Assembly (NCBI GenBank): GCA_000146045.2 | Contig: BK006938.2 | Span: 224,001-288,000 of the forward strand | Direction: 5' to 3' | From: TPA_inf: Saccharomyces | Taxonomy: Eukaryota | Length of the DNA stretch: 64,000 bases | Shown here: positions 37,901-48,388 of the stretch, one piece after another | Position numbering within the stretch: position 1 is the stretch's first letter | How the letters are laid out: every line of letters begins with the position of its first letter | Position numbers and translations under genes: made by a program | The notes under the pieces: model-generated | Told to the model about the DNA's origin: nothing | The model's database searches: none | Seen by the model: only the letters and a program-made list of their open reading frames with translations

Positions 37901-39225
37901 TAAAGAGAACCGACGGTGCCGAAGCGTTACAGAGGTTGTTGCAGTGGCAATTGTTATTATTATCACTACTAACCACCAATGAAAAAAAATTAAGCGAAAC
38001 TAGCATGATCAGAATTCTAAAGAGTATCGAGGATGAAAGTTCACCACTAGTAAGAGTATATAAAGAATGGTTCATTTCCTCAAAGGTTGTTGATTATTAT
38101 AAAACTGGCAATCCAAAATTTGCTGAGGATTATCTCTTCTCATTGCTGGAGGATCATAGCAAACCGGTGTTTGTAGTTAGCGCAGAAAAAATATGCTTTA
38201 TGGTGTTGAAAGATTTAAGAAACGACGAAAAGAAATATGGATTTACACAGTTACTAGACAGATTCATTTGCACGTTAGTTCCTAACGCAGCTTCAAACAA
38301 ACCTCTGGTAAGGCATTTTTCTAATTCTCTAATAATTTCATTATGGCCTACATTCAAAGCCTACCTATCGGATCACACACTGAGAAACATCATTGAGAAC
38401 TTATATTCCAATGCCAAAAAGACTCAAATATTTGGTCAATATCGTGCCGGGGATGCCAACATATGGGATCTGAAGGGTGATAGGAAATTAACGAACATGT
38501 TTGGTGGTGTGCTCAAAAAAGTTACCGACCATGATTGCCCGTACATTTCTGAGTCTGTTTTCGAAAAATATTTGCAGGAGAAAGATATTGTTCCTATAGG
38601 TACCGATGAAAGGTCCTTATGGCTTGATAAAAGAGACACCAATACGGAATCTGTTAACAACGCGAACATCTCCTGTGACACTTCTCCACTGCAAACAAAA
38701 AGTGGAGCTTGGGAAACCGTTCTGGATCTGGACAATAAAAAATCGAATGATGTCGTTACACGTTCTGAATTGATTGTGGTATCTTCATTAGTTGATAAGC
38801 CGCCAAACCTGGGAGGTATTTGTAGGTTATGTGATGTTTTAGGTGTGGGACTGCTTACTGTACAAGACATCAAAGTCAAAAACCATCCTCAATTTAAAAA
38901 TGTTGCTGTGACTGCTGATAGATGGATGCCCATGGAGGAAGTTGCCCTAGATGAGATTGCAAGTTTCATGAAAGAGAAAAAGAAGGAAGGGTACACATTA
39001 ATTGGGCTAGAGCAAACGGATAAATCAGTGAAGCTAGACAACAATTTCCAATTCCCTAAAAAATCATTGATCTTGCTAGGAACCGAAGCATTCGGTATTC
39101 CGGGGACTTTGTTAAGCGAATTGGATTTATGTTTAGAGATTCAACAATTTGGTGTGATCAGATCAATGAATATTCAAACGGCAACCGCAGTTATCGTTCA
39201 TTCCTATACAGTTCAACACATGTAA
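34915..39225 (+). CDS. TRM3: tRNA (guanosine-18) 2'-O-methyltransferase (1436 aa) with a C-terminal SpoU/TrmH domain
   Basis: The C-terminal ~170 aa carry SpoU-class methyltransferase motifs (…LIVVSSLVDKPPNLGGICRLCDVLGV…, …SLILLGTEAFGIP…, …SMNIQTATAVIVH…). The long helical N-terminal region is typical of Trm3. Confidence 0.88.
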   Translation: MVGGALICKYLPREEQLKLISDLIQNDSLEEVLELIETSPLDITTDSNIETPIFEKITEQVIAYASIDGEAREMFRSSRAEMNKALRTSAQLLCCLPSVWHKFQVWMSYRLNDIISENYKHLFNDNFGKKIVQPFFDSFAEEQNANIKHENLHLDILSLLHYLEVVYLFDECKNGISSKCLDFIIVPLLGCNSEEIADSCSKLMRWHIKYLSKCCNTDSNFDKLIWTFIKQLYAEGSQQAWKQKNSLSFLLRFLLAAELSPELITYIKTDAYWRHIQTELDNDVHEHRKLALSILKLTIQKLSSHGITLQTTFYKCNDLANIEMLGSWKKFTTLYEMIALDTSLNQIQAAKQDIIKIFDNEHLHHSWGLILLSTGLKSSMESVRKYMMTLMFSITNMSAFSSNLPLLTKTLLPAAMSAHYFDVKGVSCPHGEKLSLFVNNLLSQTTEGISDILFEILKLLVEKGTSFDPSRIYLSYGILVFFQNNKQKTINSDHLSLIRKLYDFAAEEEVLETTIQTIYLKFLLYIDPSVSASELLFTLVSHIKLKGGTYKYVEPLFEDYRDLAVSHFDDLQAKENLTTNIGKDTIFDLLASIIFDFKDIDITPDFLIEVAKSKQDIPVYTSKAVTFLTQLLSGEPSNGYTYENATALLSYPNFTISTWKSINVNNLFKSVMEKFSLDKFKFFAEIYQKTYECRFDTIELNFNDLLSLYEMVKKSANQCSRESFKVKDSAYSSYFELLNTFLKTYALNRDSSEGNDDELHILLRLVDENINKDNGNYLGNLAVCKLLYFIIDSYIHCSTSVSDDDIFIVKFIFEKFSFIWECINSERLVLKERDLHLMLIKGLFHPVILYFGSNQYIDTLTSKLEEHAQTIISLSYSRRSLLPLLGSQLRVFMKFYGKLLREDVNYWWLINIIVGVFKQPQMDVNLYKLKPVISSLFDHKLNNYYIKGDELYEKVYGPDEILARVSIIDSILYANDQLKIRLIEKVTEKTNALYAIKRTDGAEALQRLLQWQLLLLSLLTTNEKKLSETSMIRILKSIEDESSPLVRVYKEWFISSKVVDYYKTGNPKFAEDYLFSLLEDHSKPVFVVSAEKICFMVLKDLRNDEKKYGFTQLLDRFICTLVPNAASNKPLVRHFSNSLIISLWPTFKAYLSDHTLRNIIENLYSNAKKTQIFGQYRAGDANIWDLKGDRKLTNMFGGVLKKVTDHDCPYISESVFEKYLQEKDIVPIGTDERSLWLDKRDTNTESVNNANISCDTSPLQTKSGAWETVLDLDNKKSNDVVTRSELIVVSSLVDKPPNLGGICRLCDVLGVGLLTVQDIKVKNHPQFKNVAVTADRWMPMEEVALDEIASFMKEKKKEGYTLIGLEQTDKSVKLDNNFQFPKKSLILLGTEAFGIPGTLLSELDLCLEIQQFGVIRSMNIQTATAVIVHSYTVQHM

Positions 39226-39312
39226 GAATCAGGTTTCATTCCCACTTTTGTTAACCATGAAGTTTTTAGTATGTAAACTAATTTGTCTTTTTATCTAATT
39301 GTGACTATATTT

Positions 39313-40110
39313 TTATAAATTCTCCAGTGATCGTACTACGTCGGGGGCGTATTTCTCCACCATTGCAAGACCTTGCTTCAACAAATGAGGTTTAAAGCTT
39401 TTAACGTTTGAATCATTCAATGCTACTGATCTGATAGGTGATGTAATCTTACCATTAGACCAGGAAATGATTAGGCCATTATTGGCCACTTCGCTTTCGT
39501 TGGCTGCAGGGTCCAATAGCATATTGTTGCCTACAACGGCCAATATAAACACTAAAGGCGGATTAATGTCAAGCTTAACCATGTCGTAATCATGAAACGT
39601 AGGAAGTTCTTCCACCTCTAAGTCGTCAAAAGCTGAAATAAGTTTCGGTAGGTATGTGGAGTTCAACGCTGAATAAATAGCAAAGGATATTAAAGAAACT
39701 GGGTGTGAATGTGATGAAATGACCAGAACATCGACAAATATTTTGAAGCTGTACTTTTTTGTCAATTGCAACTTTGAGGAATCTACTCCGCTACCAGACT
39801 TCAAAACCTTGTTCAGTAAAGAAGTGATTGTCTCTACTACCAGCGCGTCATCTCTTTGGCCTGCGATATCTACATCGACCTGAAGTAGTTCATTCTCCAC
39901 ATGATGATCCACAACTTTGGACTTAATGCTCACGATACATTCACTTCCATCACTAGCTATAATTCTGGACGATCCATTGGAACTTGGTAGGAAGTCAGTA
40001 AATATTTCTATAGGTCTGAATTGATGAGGTAGTCTTCCATCGGGCCTAATTGAAGGCGTGCTTGCTAGTGAATCGTATAGGTACGACTTTTCGGCGACCG
40101 AAAGAGACAT
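39313..40110 (-). CDS. RRP42: Exosome RNase-PH-like ring subunit (265 aa)
   Basis: RNase PH domain fold. Length and N-terminus MSLSVAEKSYLYDSL match Rrp42. Confidence 0.85.
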   Translation of the reverse strand: MSLSVAEKSYLYDSLASTPSIRPDGRLPHQFRPIEIFTDFLPSSNGSSRIIASDGSECIVSIKSKVVDHHVENELLQVDVDIAGQRDDALVVETITSLLNKVLKSGSGVDSSKLQLTKKYSFKIFVDVLVISSHSHPVSLISFAIYSALNSTYLPKLISAFDDLEVEELPTFHDYDMVKLDINPPLVFILAVVGNNMLLDPAANESEVANNGLIISWSNGKITSPIRSVALNDSNVKSFKPHLLKQGLAMVEKYAPDVVRSLENL

Positions 40111-40511
40111 AAATGATTATTTCAACAGAATCTCAAACTGTCGTTGTGCTAGTCAAAAAGAATGCCTTTTGCCGTCTACAGACTATTAGTATCATTGTAC
40201 TCCTTCACCATATAAGCTCTACGTTTCTTTTTTCTGAATATTAGAAAAAAATTTCGCCAACTAGGGTTCAAAATAATAGACTAGGGCACGGAAGAAAAGC
40301 ACACCCTAGGGCTTTCGGAGATAAATTATTAATAGCGAGTTTTTTTTGTATTTACTTATTTTATTATTTCTTTAAGATATCTAGTAGTAAGGATAGAACG
40401 GGTAGATAGAATAGACAAATGGAGTTATTGAAATATTTATACGAAGAGATAGAACAGAGAGACAAAGAGTATGACGTGAAAATGATGCGCAGTAAAACTA
40501 AATCCCGTCTC

Positions 40512-40964
40512 TTAAATGAATATGCTGTTTGGTGTCACGACGTCCACATTTGAATTGTCCATGTCAACGTCAGGGCCCTTGTTGGTGTTGTCCTTTGCCT
40601 CTACCTCGTGCTTACTCTTGCCATGGCCCGTCTTTCTATATACCGTTTCTTGCTCCAATGCGTCCACTCTCTCATTGTAATTGTTTAGCACAATTTCGTT
40701 CTCCCTGACAGAGTCCTTGTACAGCGCCAGGTCTCCCGAATCAATGTTCTCCAAGTCGTCGCTGTCGTCAGCTTCAAGACGGTCGTCAGCACCCTCCAAC
40801 TTAGCTATGTATTTACCCAAGCGGGCGTTAGACCTCTGCAAATGATTGATACTGTTCTCAATTTCTGTTTTAATCTGTGCCAACTCCATGTCGGACATGC
40901 CGCTTATCGCCGTCTTAAATTCTTCGATCTGGATTGGTCTTCTGATACCGCCTGCTGAGCACAT
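40512..40964 (-). CDS. TMA17: Proteasome assembly chaperone ADC17 / TMA17 (150 aa)
   Basis: 150-aa acidic protein. Its position directly downstream of RRP42 matches YDL110C. Confidence 0.7.
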   Translation of the reverse strand: MCSAGGIRRPIQIEEFKTAISGMSDMELAQIKTEIENSINHLQRSNARLGKYIAKLEGADDRLEADDSDDLENIDSGDLALYKDSVRENEIVLNNYNERVDALEQETVYRKTGHGKSKHEVEAKDNTNKGPDVDMDNSNVDVVTPNSIFI

Positions 40965-41257
40965 TATGTTACTTGTAGTAGTTATTATGTTTTGATTTGC
41001 TTTATGTTTTATAAAGATCTTACCCCTCTTTTTGTCAAGAGAAATAAGCTTCTGAAGTATTGTTTTCCTGGTGAAAAGTGTCTTATTTATATGGAGAAGG
41101 GATATTCGGCCTCGGTTTTAGGGGAGGAGCTGAAGAGTTGTCCCGCTCGAAAAAGACCCGTAAGCGCATTTATCGAACTACGAAGTAAAATGGACTTTCG
41201 TAGGTGTGGACAATAGTAAATTGCAAGTCAATCCCGGGATGACGTCAAGATAGACAG

Positions 41258-43201
41258 TCAATCTGTCACAGAGGAATGCTTGCTAATCCAGGAGCTGGCG
41301 AGCTGGCTAGCTGTGGAGACTATTCCACCATGGTACACACTAGGATCCTCGATCTTGGTGAGCCATGAGTAGAACTTGTTTGGTTCCACCCCTCCGGTTG
41401 CCATGTTTATATCTTCCTCAGCAAACTGTTTATCTTGCATTGGTGAGGCGATTGGGTCATCTCTTTGGAAATGGGCGGTAACAAGGTGGTCAACCACCGG
41501 CCAGCCGTAAGCGTTGGAAAACCTTCTTCTTACGATGATGTTATTGTGGGCATCTGGTTTCAGCAATACCACGACTTTCCTCCAATGCATCCCCTTGTGC
41601 CAGCGGCGTGCTATGATTTCCTCCATCTCTTTTCTCGTCTTCCTCGTTTCGCCTTCCTTGGCTGCTGTTCCTTCATAAAGTGTTGGTGATGGAGGCGGTA
41701 AATTCTTTTCTGTGTAGATCTTATCATGTATGATTGTTGCGACCCTTGCATCGGGATCTGAGAAGAACTTTGCGTCGGGGCATGGTGATAGAAGCACAGA
41801 CTTCATAGATTTGATGACGGAAGCATTCATCAAGCGTTTAGATTTCTTGTCGCAGTTATTTTCCTTGCTCTTCCAAAACGTGTTCCATGACGATGCATTG
41901 ATTCCATCATCATCATTAGCAACATCGCTATGATTTGGAAGTTCCCCAATAGGACTTACTTCAGGCTGGAAGAGAGGATCACAAGGTGCCGTAGTTTGAC
42001 CTCCCAGTTTCTGAAGTAATTGAGAGTAGTCCAAAAAAAGTAAAGAAGAGGAGTACAAGGGAACTATTCCGTCGTTGACGGCATTAGCATAAAGTGTTCT
42101 TCTTTTGAATCGAGCAAGCACACTGATTAAGGATTCCTCGGATAGCAGGTAAAGTAGGGGCTTATCACCATAATTTCCATCCTTAAGACCCAGTTCTTGC
42201 CCCGTAGTACCAATGATACCCATCGACAATGACATTTTTACGTAATTGGGCGTGCTGGTAGCAATGCCTAGCAATGGTGACGCCAGTGAGATAAAATTGA
42301 TTGGCTCCACTTTCTTAAAGAAATATGGATATTTGGTCTTTATGTAACAAATAGCAAAAGTTTGTGTTAATCCACCCAGGGAATGACCAATAAATGAAAT
42401 TTTCCCAACAGAGTCATCATATAACTCGTCGATGATGTAGTTTGCCAATCCAACACCCAAAAACTTAATACCCTTCTCAGTCTCACAAGCATTCTTCATA
42501 TATCCCTTAATAACTAGTCGCTCATTTGGATTGTTCATTTGAGCCTTGTATATTTCTTCCATTAAGTATTCCATATCTGCCGAAACGTTTGATTGAAAAC
42601 CATGCGTGAGAATGACTAAATGGGATTTTTGCGACATGTCTATGGGTCGTGGTACTTTCCATATATCTGCGGTGGTAAGTCTATGCACCGATAATCCTGT
42701 GTGTAAAATATTGCAGGCTTTATCAGGCAATGAATCATTACATCGTATTTTTCTTTTCAAAGAGGCCTTTGAATTGCCGACTACTATCTCAAAAGTTACC
42801 TTAGTTTCTTTATTAAATAGTATTTGACTGACAATATCCACTATCCATACATAGCGTGGCTTAATGTGGTGCAAGGACAACTCTGCAATAAACTTTTGTT
42901 GTGCCTGTAGGTTTGATTGAAATACTGGTTTATCCGCCGAACATATGATCTTATACGAGCTTTCGTAATCTTTTGCTCGCACGTCACAATATAAGATAAA
43001 TGGGCCCAATAGATAGGCTGGTTTATAGGATAGCTTTGTGGTATTTTTGATCTTTACCCATAGGGAATCCAGTGTGATATCAGCGGGAATACTATCACCC
43101 TGGTATAGCTCATATGTAATAACGTATCTTTCTAACTCACCTAACTTTACTGACGACTGATTGTGGTATAGCACTTCATCAGCACTCCTGCCAGCTTCCA
43201 T
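41258..43201 (-). CDS. YDL109C: Putative lipase of the alpha/beta-hydrolase DUF676 family (647 aa)
   Basis: GHSLGG nucleophile-elbow motif (…FIGHSLGGLTQ…). The track ORF starts at a TTG at 43291. The first ATG is at 43201 (MEAGRSADEV). Confidence 0.8.
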   Translation of the reverse strand: MEAGRSADEVLYHNQSSVKLGELERYVITYELYQGDSIPADITLDSLWVKIKNTTKLSYKPAYLLGPFILYCDVRAKDYESSYKIICSADKPVFQSNLQAQQKFIAELSLHHIKPRYVWIVDIVSQILFNKETKVTFEIVVGNSKASLKRKIRCNDSLPDKACNILHTGLSVHRLTTADIWKVPRPIDMSQKSHLVILTHGFQSNVSADMEYLMEEIYKAQMNNPNERLVIKGYMKNACETEKGIKFLGVGLANYIIDELYDDSVGKISFIGHSLGGLTQTFAICYIKTKYPYFFKKVEPINFISLASPLLGIATSTPNYVKMSLSMGIIGTTGQELGLKDGNYGDKPLLYLLSEESLISVLARFKRRTLYANAVNDGIVPLYSSSLLFLDYSQLLQKLGGQTTAPCDPLFQPEVSPIGELPNHSDVANDDDGINASSWNTFWKSKENNCDKKSKRLMNASVIKSMKSVLLSPCPDAKFFSDPDARVATIIHDKIYTEKNLPPPSPTLYEGTAAKEGETRKTRKEMEEIIARRWHKGMHWRKVVVLLKPDAHNNIIVRRRFSNAYGWPVVDHLVTAHFQRDDPIASPMQDKQFAEEDINMATGGVEPNKFYSWLTKIEDPSVYHGGIVSTASQLASSWISKHSSVTD

Positions 43202-43697
43202 ATTACTACCGTTTCCCCGATGTTTTTGGGTGAATAAGGTCAGGTGAGCATTTTTTGTACTGATATTTTTTCTCTTTGTTTGCAGACACAACGCTTGCTG
43301 TTAATACGCTAAAAACATACCACACTACCTTGAACAAATCCTCCAAGAGAAATTTGTAAGAATTCAGAAGCGGTTTCAGGGGAAGTCGGCTTAGTTGTCA
43401 ATTGTAATTGAAAATCACCCTCTAATTTGAAAGATTTTCAGTTTCAATAAGACATCAATCTTGCCAGTTTGTAATTTTTTGGTATATAGAAATGGTCTTC
43501 AAGCATAAGCCTTAAGAAAGATTCGTCCATTGGATGAACCTACAATTTTTTTTGTGTTATGATGTGAAGCTTCATTTGAAGCATTGTGCAGAGAATATTA
43601 CAAGTAGATTCAAAAAACACATTGAAAAAAAATACAAGTGAAATCACAGTTACTTAAAAGTCATCAAAAAAAATATTCCCGGCCTCAGAGCGAACAT

Positions 43698-44699
43698 ATG
43701 AAAGTGAATATGGAGTACACAAAGGGTATGTGGGGGTTATATATTGTCGTCTTTCTTTTAACATTCAATAATGATACTAACGTTGATTAATGATGATTCA
43801 TCGCAGAAAAGAAAGTTGGTGAGGGTACTTATGCGGTTGTTTACTTGGGTTGTCAACACTCTACTGGAAGAAAGATTGCTATTAAGGAGATCAAAACATC
43901 CGAATTTAAAGATGGTTTAGATATGTCAGCTATCCGTGAAGTTAAGTACCTCCAAGAAATGCAGCATCCGAACGTCATAGAACTAATAGACATATTTATG
44001 GCTTATGATAATTTAAATCTCGTTCTGGAGTTCCTACCAACTGATCTAGAGGTGGTAATAAAAGACAAATCAATACTGTTTACACCAGCAGATATTAAGG
44101 CATGGATGCTTATGACTTTGAGGGGCGTGTATCATTGCCACAGAAATTTCATTTTGCACAGGGATCTGAAACCAAACAATTTATTATTTTCACCTGATGG
44201 CCAGATAAAAGTAGCAGATTTCGGTCTAGCAAGGGCGATACCGGCCCCACATGAGATACTGACAAGTAACGTCGTAACAAGATGGTATAGAGCGCCAGAA
44301 TTGTTGTTTGGAGCTAAACATTACACATCGGCTATTGATATCTGGTCAGTAGGCGTTATATTCGCGGAATTAATGCTAAGGATACCTTATTTACCAGGAC
44401 AGAATGATGTCGATCAAATGGAAGTAACGTTCAGGGCCTTAGGGACACCTACAGATAGAGATTGGCCCGAAGTTTCTTCCTTTATGACGTATAACAAGTT
44501 ACAAATATATCCGCCCCCTTCAAGAGATGAATTGAGGAAAAGGTTCATTGCTGCTAGCGAATACGCCTTAGATTTTATGTGTGGAATGCTAACGATGAAC
44601 CCACAAAAGAGGTGGACCGCTGTTCAGTGTTTAGAAAGTGATTATTTCAAAGAATTACCACCACCAAGTGACCCGTCTTCAATAAAAATACGTAACTGA
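43698..44699 (+). CDS. KIN28: TFIIH CDK7-type kinase. Exon 1 is 43698..43725 and exon 2 is 43807..44699; 306 aa.
   Basis: Exon 1 encodes MKVNMEYTK(E). Exon 2 encodes KKVGEGTYAVVYLGCQH..., with the kinase motifs HRDLKPNN and DFGLAR and a CDK T-loop. The intron has GTATGT at 43726, TACTAAC at 43775-43781 and AG at 43805-43806. Confidence 0.9.
43726..43806 (+). other. KIN28: Spliceosomal intron of KIN28 (81 nt)
   Basis: Canonical signals. The join G|AA gives Glu and restores the kinase glycine loop GEGTYAVV. Confidence 0.88.
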
Positions 44700-44920
44700 T
44701 ATGATTTTATAAAATTTGTAGAATCTGTGTTATTGACATTAGATGTATCCTCAACATATACAAATAAACTTCTTGATGCGTCTTGTTTTTTGGTGTTGAA
44801 TTTTAACTCTTTTCCATCATTATGGAATTCGTTTTTAGATTTTAACAACAACAATATGAGGGGAGACAAACAGTAGCAGACGAAAACGAAAACAAAAGCA
44901 AGAAATATCTGATCTAAAAT

Positions 44921-45976
44921 ATGCAGAGGTTTGTCAGTAAGTTTGTTTCCACACCACCAGTACCCAAAAAGTTTCAAGAGATTTTCCCGAAGAAACGTAC
45001 GGTTAACAAAATTTTATTCCAGTTAGATACAAGGCTTACATACCATGAAATGTACCCGATATTTCTGCAGGTATCACAAAATACTAATGAAGAGAATATC
45101 CCATGGAGGAAGAAATACCCCTATATAAGGAGTTCAGACATTATGCAGATGCGAAACGTCTTGATAACTCTAAGGACGCAGAACAAATTCGTCCACAAAG
45201 ACTTATTAGCTATGGAGGATAAATTATTGAATATTGCTGCCGAACTTGGCAACAACGATGCTATATCCATCCTAAGCTTCAACGTGATACATGAATATAA
45301 AAAGGAAAACGTCAAATCCAGTTATGAAAAAGACATTGAAACGGCTAATGAATTCATAAAGAAGCTGTATGCGCGTAACCATCATTTAACGGTTAAATTA
45401 ATAGGGGACCTGTTTTTCGAAAACAAAACTTACGATAAGGCTGAGAAATATTACCAAGAGTTCTTGAAATTGGAAAATAGTACCAAATTGGCAGGCGAAG
45501 TTCACGGAAAACTTGGGGAAATCCAAATAAAGCAAGTCAATGGTTTTTTGAAGGCAGAAAAGTCATGGCTGAGTTGTATAGAACTGCTGGAAATTGAAAG
45601 AAGTTCACGTTGGTACTTTCTGTTAGCGAGGTTATATATGAGTTCAGAGCCCATGAAAGCCAAAGCCTTGCTAGAAAATTGTGCATCAATTGGATTTAAA
45701 GAATGCTTTAAAACATTAGGATTTCTTGAATTAAACTATTTCAATAATTATGAAAGGGCGAAAGAATGGTTCAAAACGGGTATGGAAATAATGGACTTGG
45801 AATGTTTCTTTGGATTTTTCGATTGCTGTGTGAAAGAAGAGAATTTTAAAGGTGCACGAGATTGCCTAGAAAGCGTAAAAAAGCTAGGGAATGATAAAGA
45901 CAAGAAAACAATGATAAATGTCTTTCTTGAAAGTAGAAAAGATTCCATAAAGTTGCTGGACAAAGCACGGCTTTAA
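44921..45976 (+). CDS. MSS2: Mitochondrial TPR-like protein needed for Cox2 C-tail export (351 aa)
   Basis: Length and position match. The sequence is helical-repeat rich. Confidence 0.75.
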   Translation: MQRFVSKFVSTPPVPKKFQEIFPKKRTVNKILFQLDTRLTYHEMYPIFLQVSQNTNEENIPWRKKYPYIRSSDIMQMRNVLITLRTQNKFVHKDLLAMEDKLLNIAAELGNNDAISILSFNVIHEYKKENVKSSYEKDIETANEFIKKLYARNHHLTVKLIGDLFFENKTYDKAEKYYQEFLKLENSTKLAGEVHGKLGEIQIKQVNGFLKAEKSWLSCIELLEIERSSRWYFLLARLYMSSEPMKAKALLENCASIGFKECFKTLGFLELNYFNNYERAKEWFKTGMEIMDLECFFGFFDCCVKEENFKGARDCLESVKKLGNDKDKKTMINVFLESRKDSIKLLDKARL

Positions 45977-46221
45977 ATGTCTGATCGATTCTTTTTGCGA
46001 TTTATATAAGGACACATGTCTCCACCTATAACGCGAGCTTGTAAATATCTATATACCCATCTGATAATGTTCAAAAAAGTCAGCTAAGTAAGTAAAATAA
46101 TAAGGACAATAAAATTAAAATGTCATACAATGTTACCTATGAAATAATTAGGAAATACTGTTAGAGTAATATTTAGAGTTGAAAATGCAATCGCAAAAAA
46201 AAAAAAACAGAATTATTTTCA

Positions 46222-47901
46222 TCATATCCATCTATGCTCGTCAGTTAGTTCGTTAGTGTTCTTCAAAAAATCTGGAGTATTTGGGAGTTCACTATCAGTC
46301 GGTAAAGACAACAAATGATCATTTGGATTTGCAACAATATCAGCATCGTTGGATAAATGTTCTTGCGCTAGATGATTCTCCTCATTATTAGCATTATGAT
46401 TGTTATTGCTGTTGACGGTAGTATCCAGTAAATTGAGCGTATCATCCTTGCTAGCTTGACGTCCATTATTAGAGCCTTGTCCGTTGTTGGTGTTGGTTAT
46501 CGAACTCGATAACAGATCATGATCGAAGAAGAGAGAATCTTCTAAATTTGTATTTGGATTTGAGTCTGTTGCACTTGAATTTGTATTCAGAAAGGGAGGG
46601 GCAATATTCTGTTGTGGAACTGCAGCAGTGGGGATCGCTGTATTGATCGTAGGTAATATTTCATTCGATGATTTATAGTCTAGAATTAGAGAATTCATGA
46701 ATCTTAATGATTTCTGTAAACCTTTCAAAGTGTGAGGAATATTCGAACCACCAACAAATGCGTCATTTACCTGTCTACCTTCTGAGAAATCATCACATAT
46801 GGACCACTGATTGTTCAAATTTGGATCTTCATCAGGAGCATTATTTAAAAAGTAAACAGCAAAAGTGGGTGATCTGGTGACTGTTAGCTTCAATTCTCCA
46901 AAGTTATCCTTAGCATTCCTCTTATCCTCACTACTATTATCATTGTCTTCATTACTGTTATCGTCGTTATCATCATCATTATTAGTATTACTATTGTTTT
47001 TATCGCTTGTGTTGTTACTATTTATTATATCGTCGTCAGTTTCTAAAGTTAGAGAGCAATTCGTGACTGAACTTAATGGGAAAAAGATCCTGAAGAGAAT
47101 TTTAGTATTATTTGCCATGGCACTAAAAAAATAGTTTATTTCTGAGTTTTTCTTGGATATCAAAACCATTAAATCTGTGGCATTCGACATTATGTTATTA
47201 ATCTTTATTGGCGATAGGTTTCTCAACTCCTTTATAGACTGAAAGTTCCTTCTTTGCAGTGCGCCGCTTTTCATTCTATTCCAACTTCCCACAGTAATTG
47301 AGCAAATGTCAAAAAAATAATAGTTGTTGTTGCTGTTCAGCGGAATACGGTCGAAAAAAGTCAGGTCTTCATCGTGAAATATGGATGAAGTACTTGTTGT
47401 AGTGACCAAATTGTTGTCTGTACTCCCACGATCGTAATCGTTGGCAATATCACGGGATTGTGACGAGGGGATTGTGTCCTTATTACTTCCATGCTGCTTT
47501 TTCCTCAATTTAGCTCTTCTGTTCTGAAACCAAATTCTGACGTTTTTTTCAGGCATTCCTATCAGATCTGATATTTTCTTTCTTTCTACCAAAGAGGGTG
47601 TTGGATTTATTTCAAATTTACGCTTTAGCACATCTAGTGCTTCACCCTTTGCGCGAGTCCTCTTGGGCCTTTGAGGTCCACTATCTGATGCATTCGATGA
47701 AGCACTCATATCATTAGTATGTTGGTCGTGGTCGTGCTCCAGGTTTTGAGTTTGAATTGGTTGTGGTTGTGGTTGTTGCTGTTGATTATGTTGTTGATCA
47801 TGTTGTTGCTGTTGTTGTTGTTGTTGGTCATGTTGCAAATAATCCAAATCTGTAGCAAAATGTGTGTTAAAATCGTGATCGTACGAGAATTCTTCCATCA
47901 T
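46222..47901 (-). CDS. PHO2: Homeodomain transcription factor (559 aa)
   Basis: Homeobox helix-3 WFQNRRAKLRKK. The N-terminus has a poly-Q/His region, and there is an Asn/Asp-rich low-complexity segment. Confidence 0.93.
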   Translation of the reverse strand: MMEEFSYDHDFNTHFATDLDYLQHDQQQQQQQQHDQQHNQQQQPQPQPIQTQNLEHDHDQHTNDMSASSNASDSGPQRPKRTRAKGEALDVLKRKFEINPTPSLVERKKISDLIGMPEKNVRIWFQNRRAKLRKKQHGSNKDTIPSSQSRDIANDYDRGSTDNNLVTTTSTSSIFHDEDLTFFDRIPLNSNNNYYFFDICSITVGSWNRMKSGALQRRNFQSIKELRNLSPIKINNIMSNATDLMVLISKKNSEINYFFSAMANNTKILFRIFFPLSSVTNCSLTLETDDDIINSNNTSDKNNSNTNNDDDNDDNSNEDNDNSSEDKRNAKDNFGELKLTVTRSPTFAVYFLNNAPDEDPNLNNQWSICDDFSEGRQVNDAFVGGSNIPHTLKGLQKSLRFMNSLILDYKSSNEILPTINTAIPTAAVPQQNIAPPFLNTNSSATDSNPNTNLEDSLFFDHDLLSSSITNTNNGQGSNNGRQASKDDTLNLLDTTVNSNNNHNANNEENHLAQEHLSNDADIVANPNDHLLSLPTDSELPNTPDFLKNTNELTDEHRWI

Positions 47902-48273
47902 AGCGTATTGTATACGTTATTTAGCAGTAAGCCGTGACTTGTCTAGCCCTGTTGAATGTCTCCTTAGTTGTCTTTGCGTCTTTTAATAGAGGTTTCAACA
48001 GTTCCCTGGAGCTTGTGATTTACTAAATCTGCAATTCTGGATATGCCGCATCGTCCGAAGTGATGTATTAAAATACTGCTCATAATGTGCAACATTTACT
48101 ATCATCTTGTGCCAAAAAGTGACCTTATGTCCGCATGTTAAAAGACTATTGTTGCTAAGCTATTTTACACTATCCTTGATCGTTCACAGATTACTCACAC
48201 ATGGTTTTACTTAGACGACAAACAATCCCACACTTTTAACTCCATATACTGTTAAGTACCAGAGATAAAGGAA

Positions 48274-48286
48274 ACGCGCAACGCGT
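48274..48286. promoter_or_regulatory. MCB-type element ACGCGCAACGCGT about 100 bp upstream of NSE4
   Basis: A perfect ACGCGT (MluI site) at 48281-48286 immediately after ACGCGC. Confidence 0.45.
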
Positions 48287-48388
48287 TAACAGAAAAGGTG
48301 AAATAATATCAAGAAGATGAGATAAATACTAGTAGCAGACAATCAAGAAATCAGAGTTTTGCAAAAAAAAGAGAGTACAGACAGAGAC

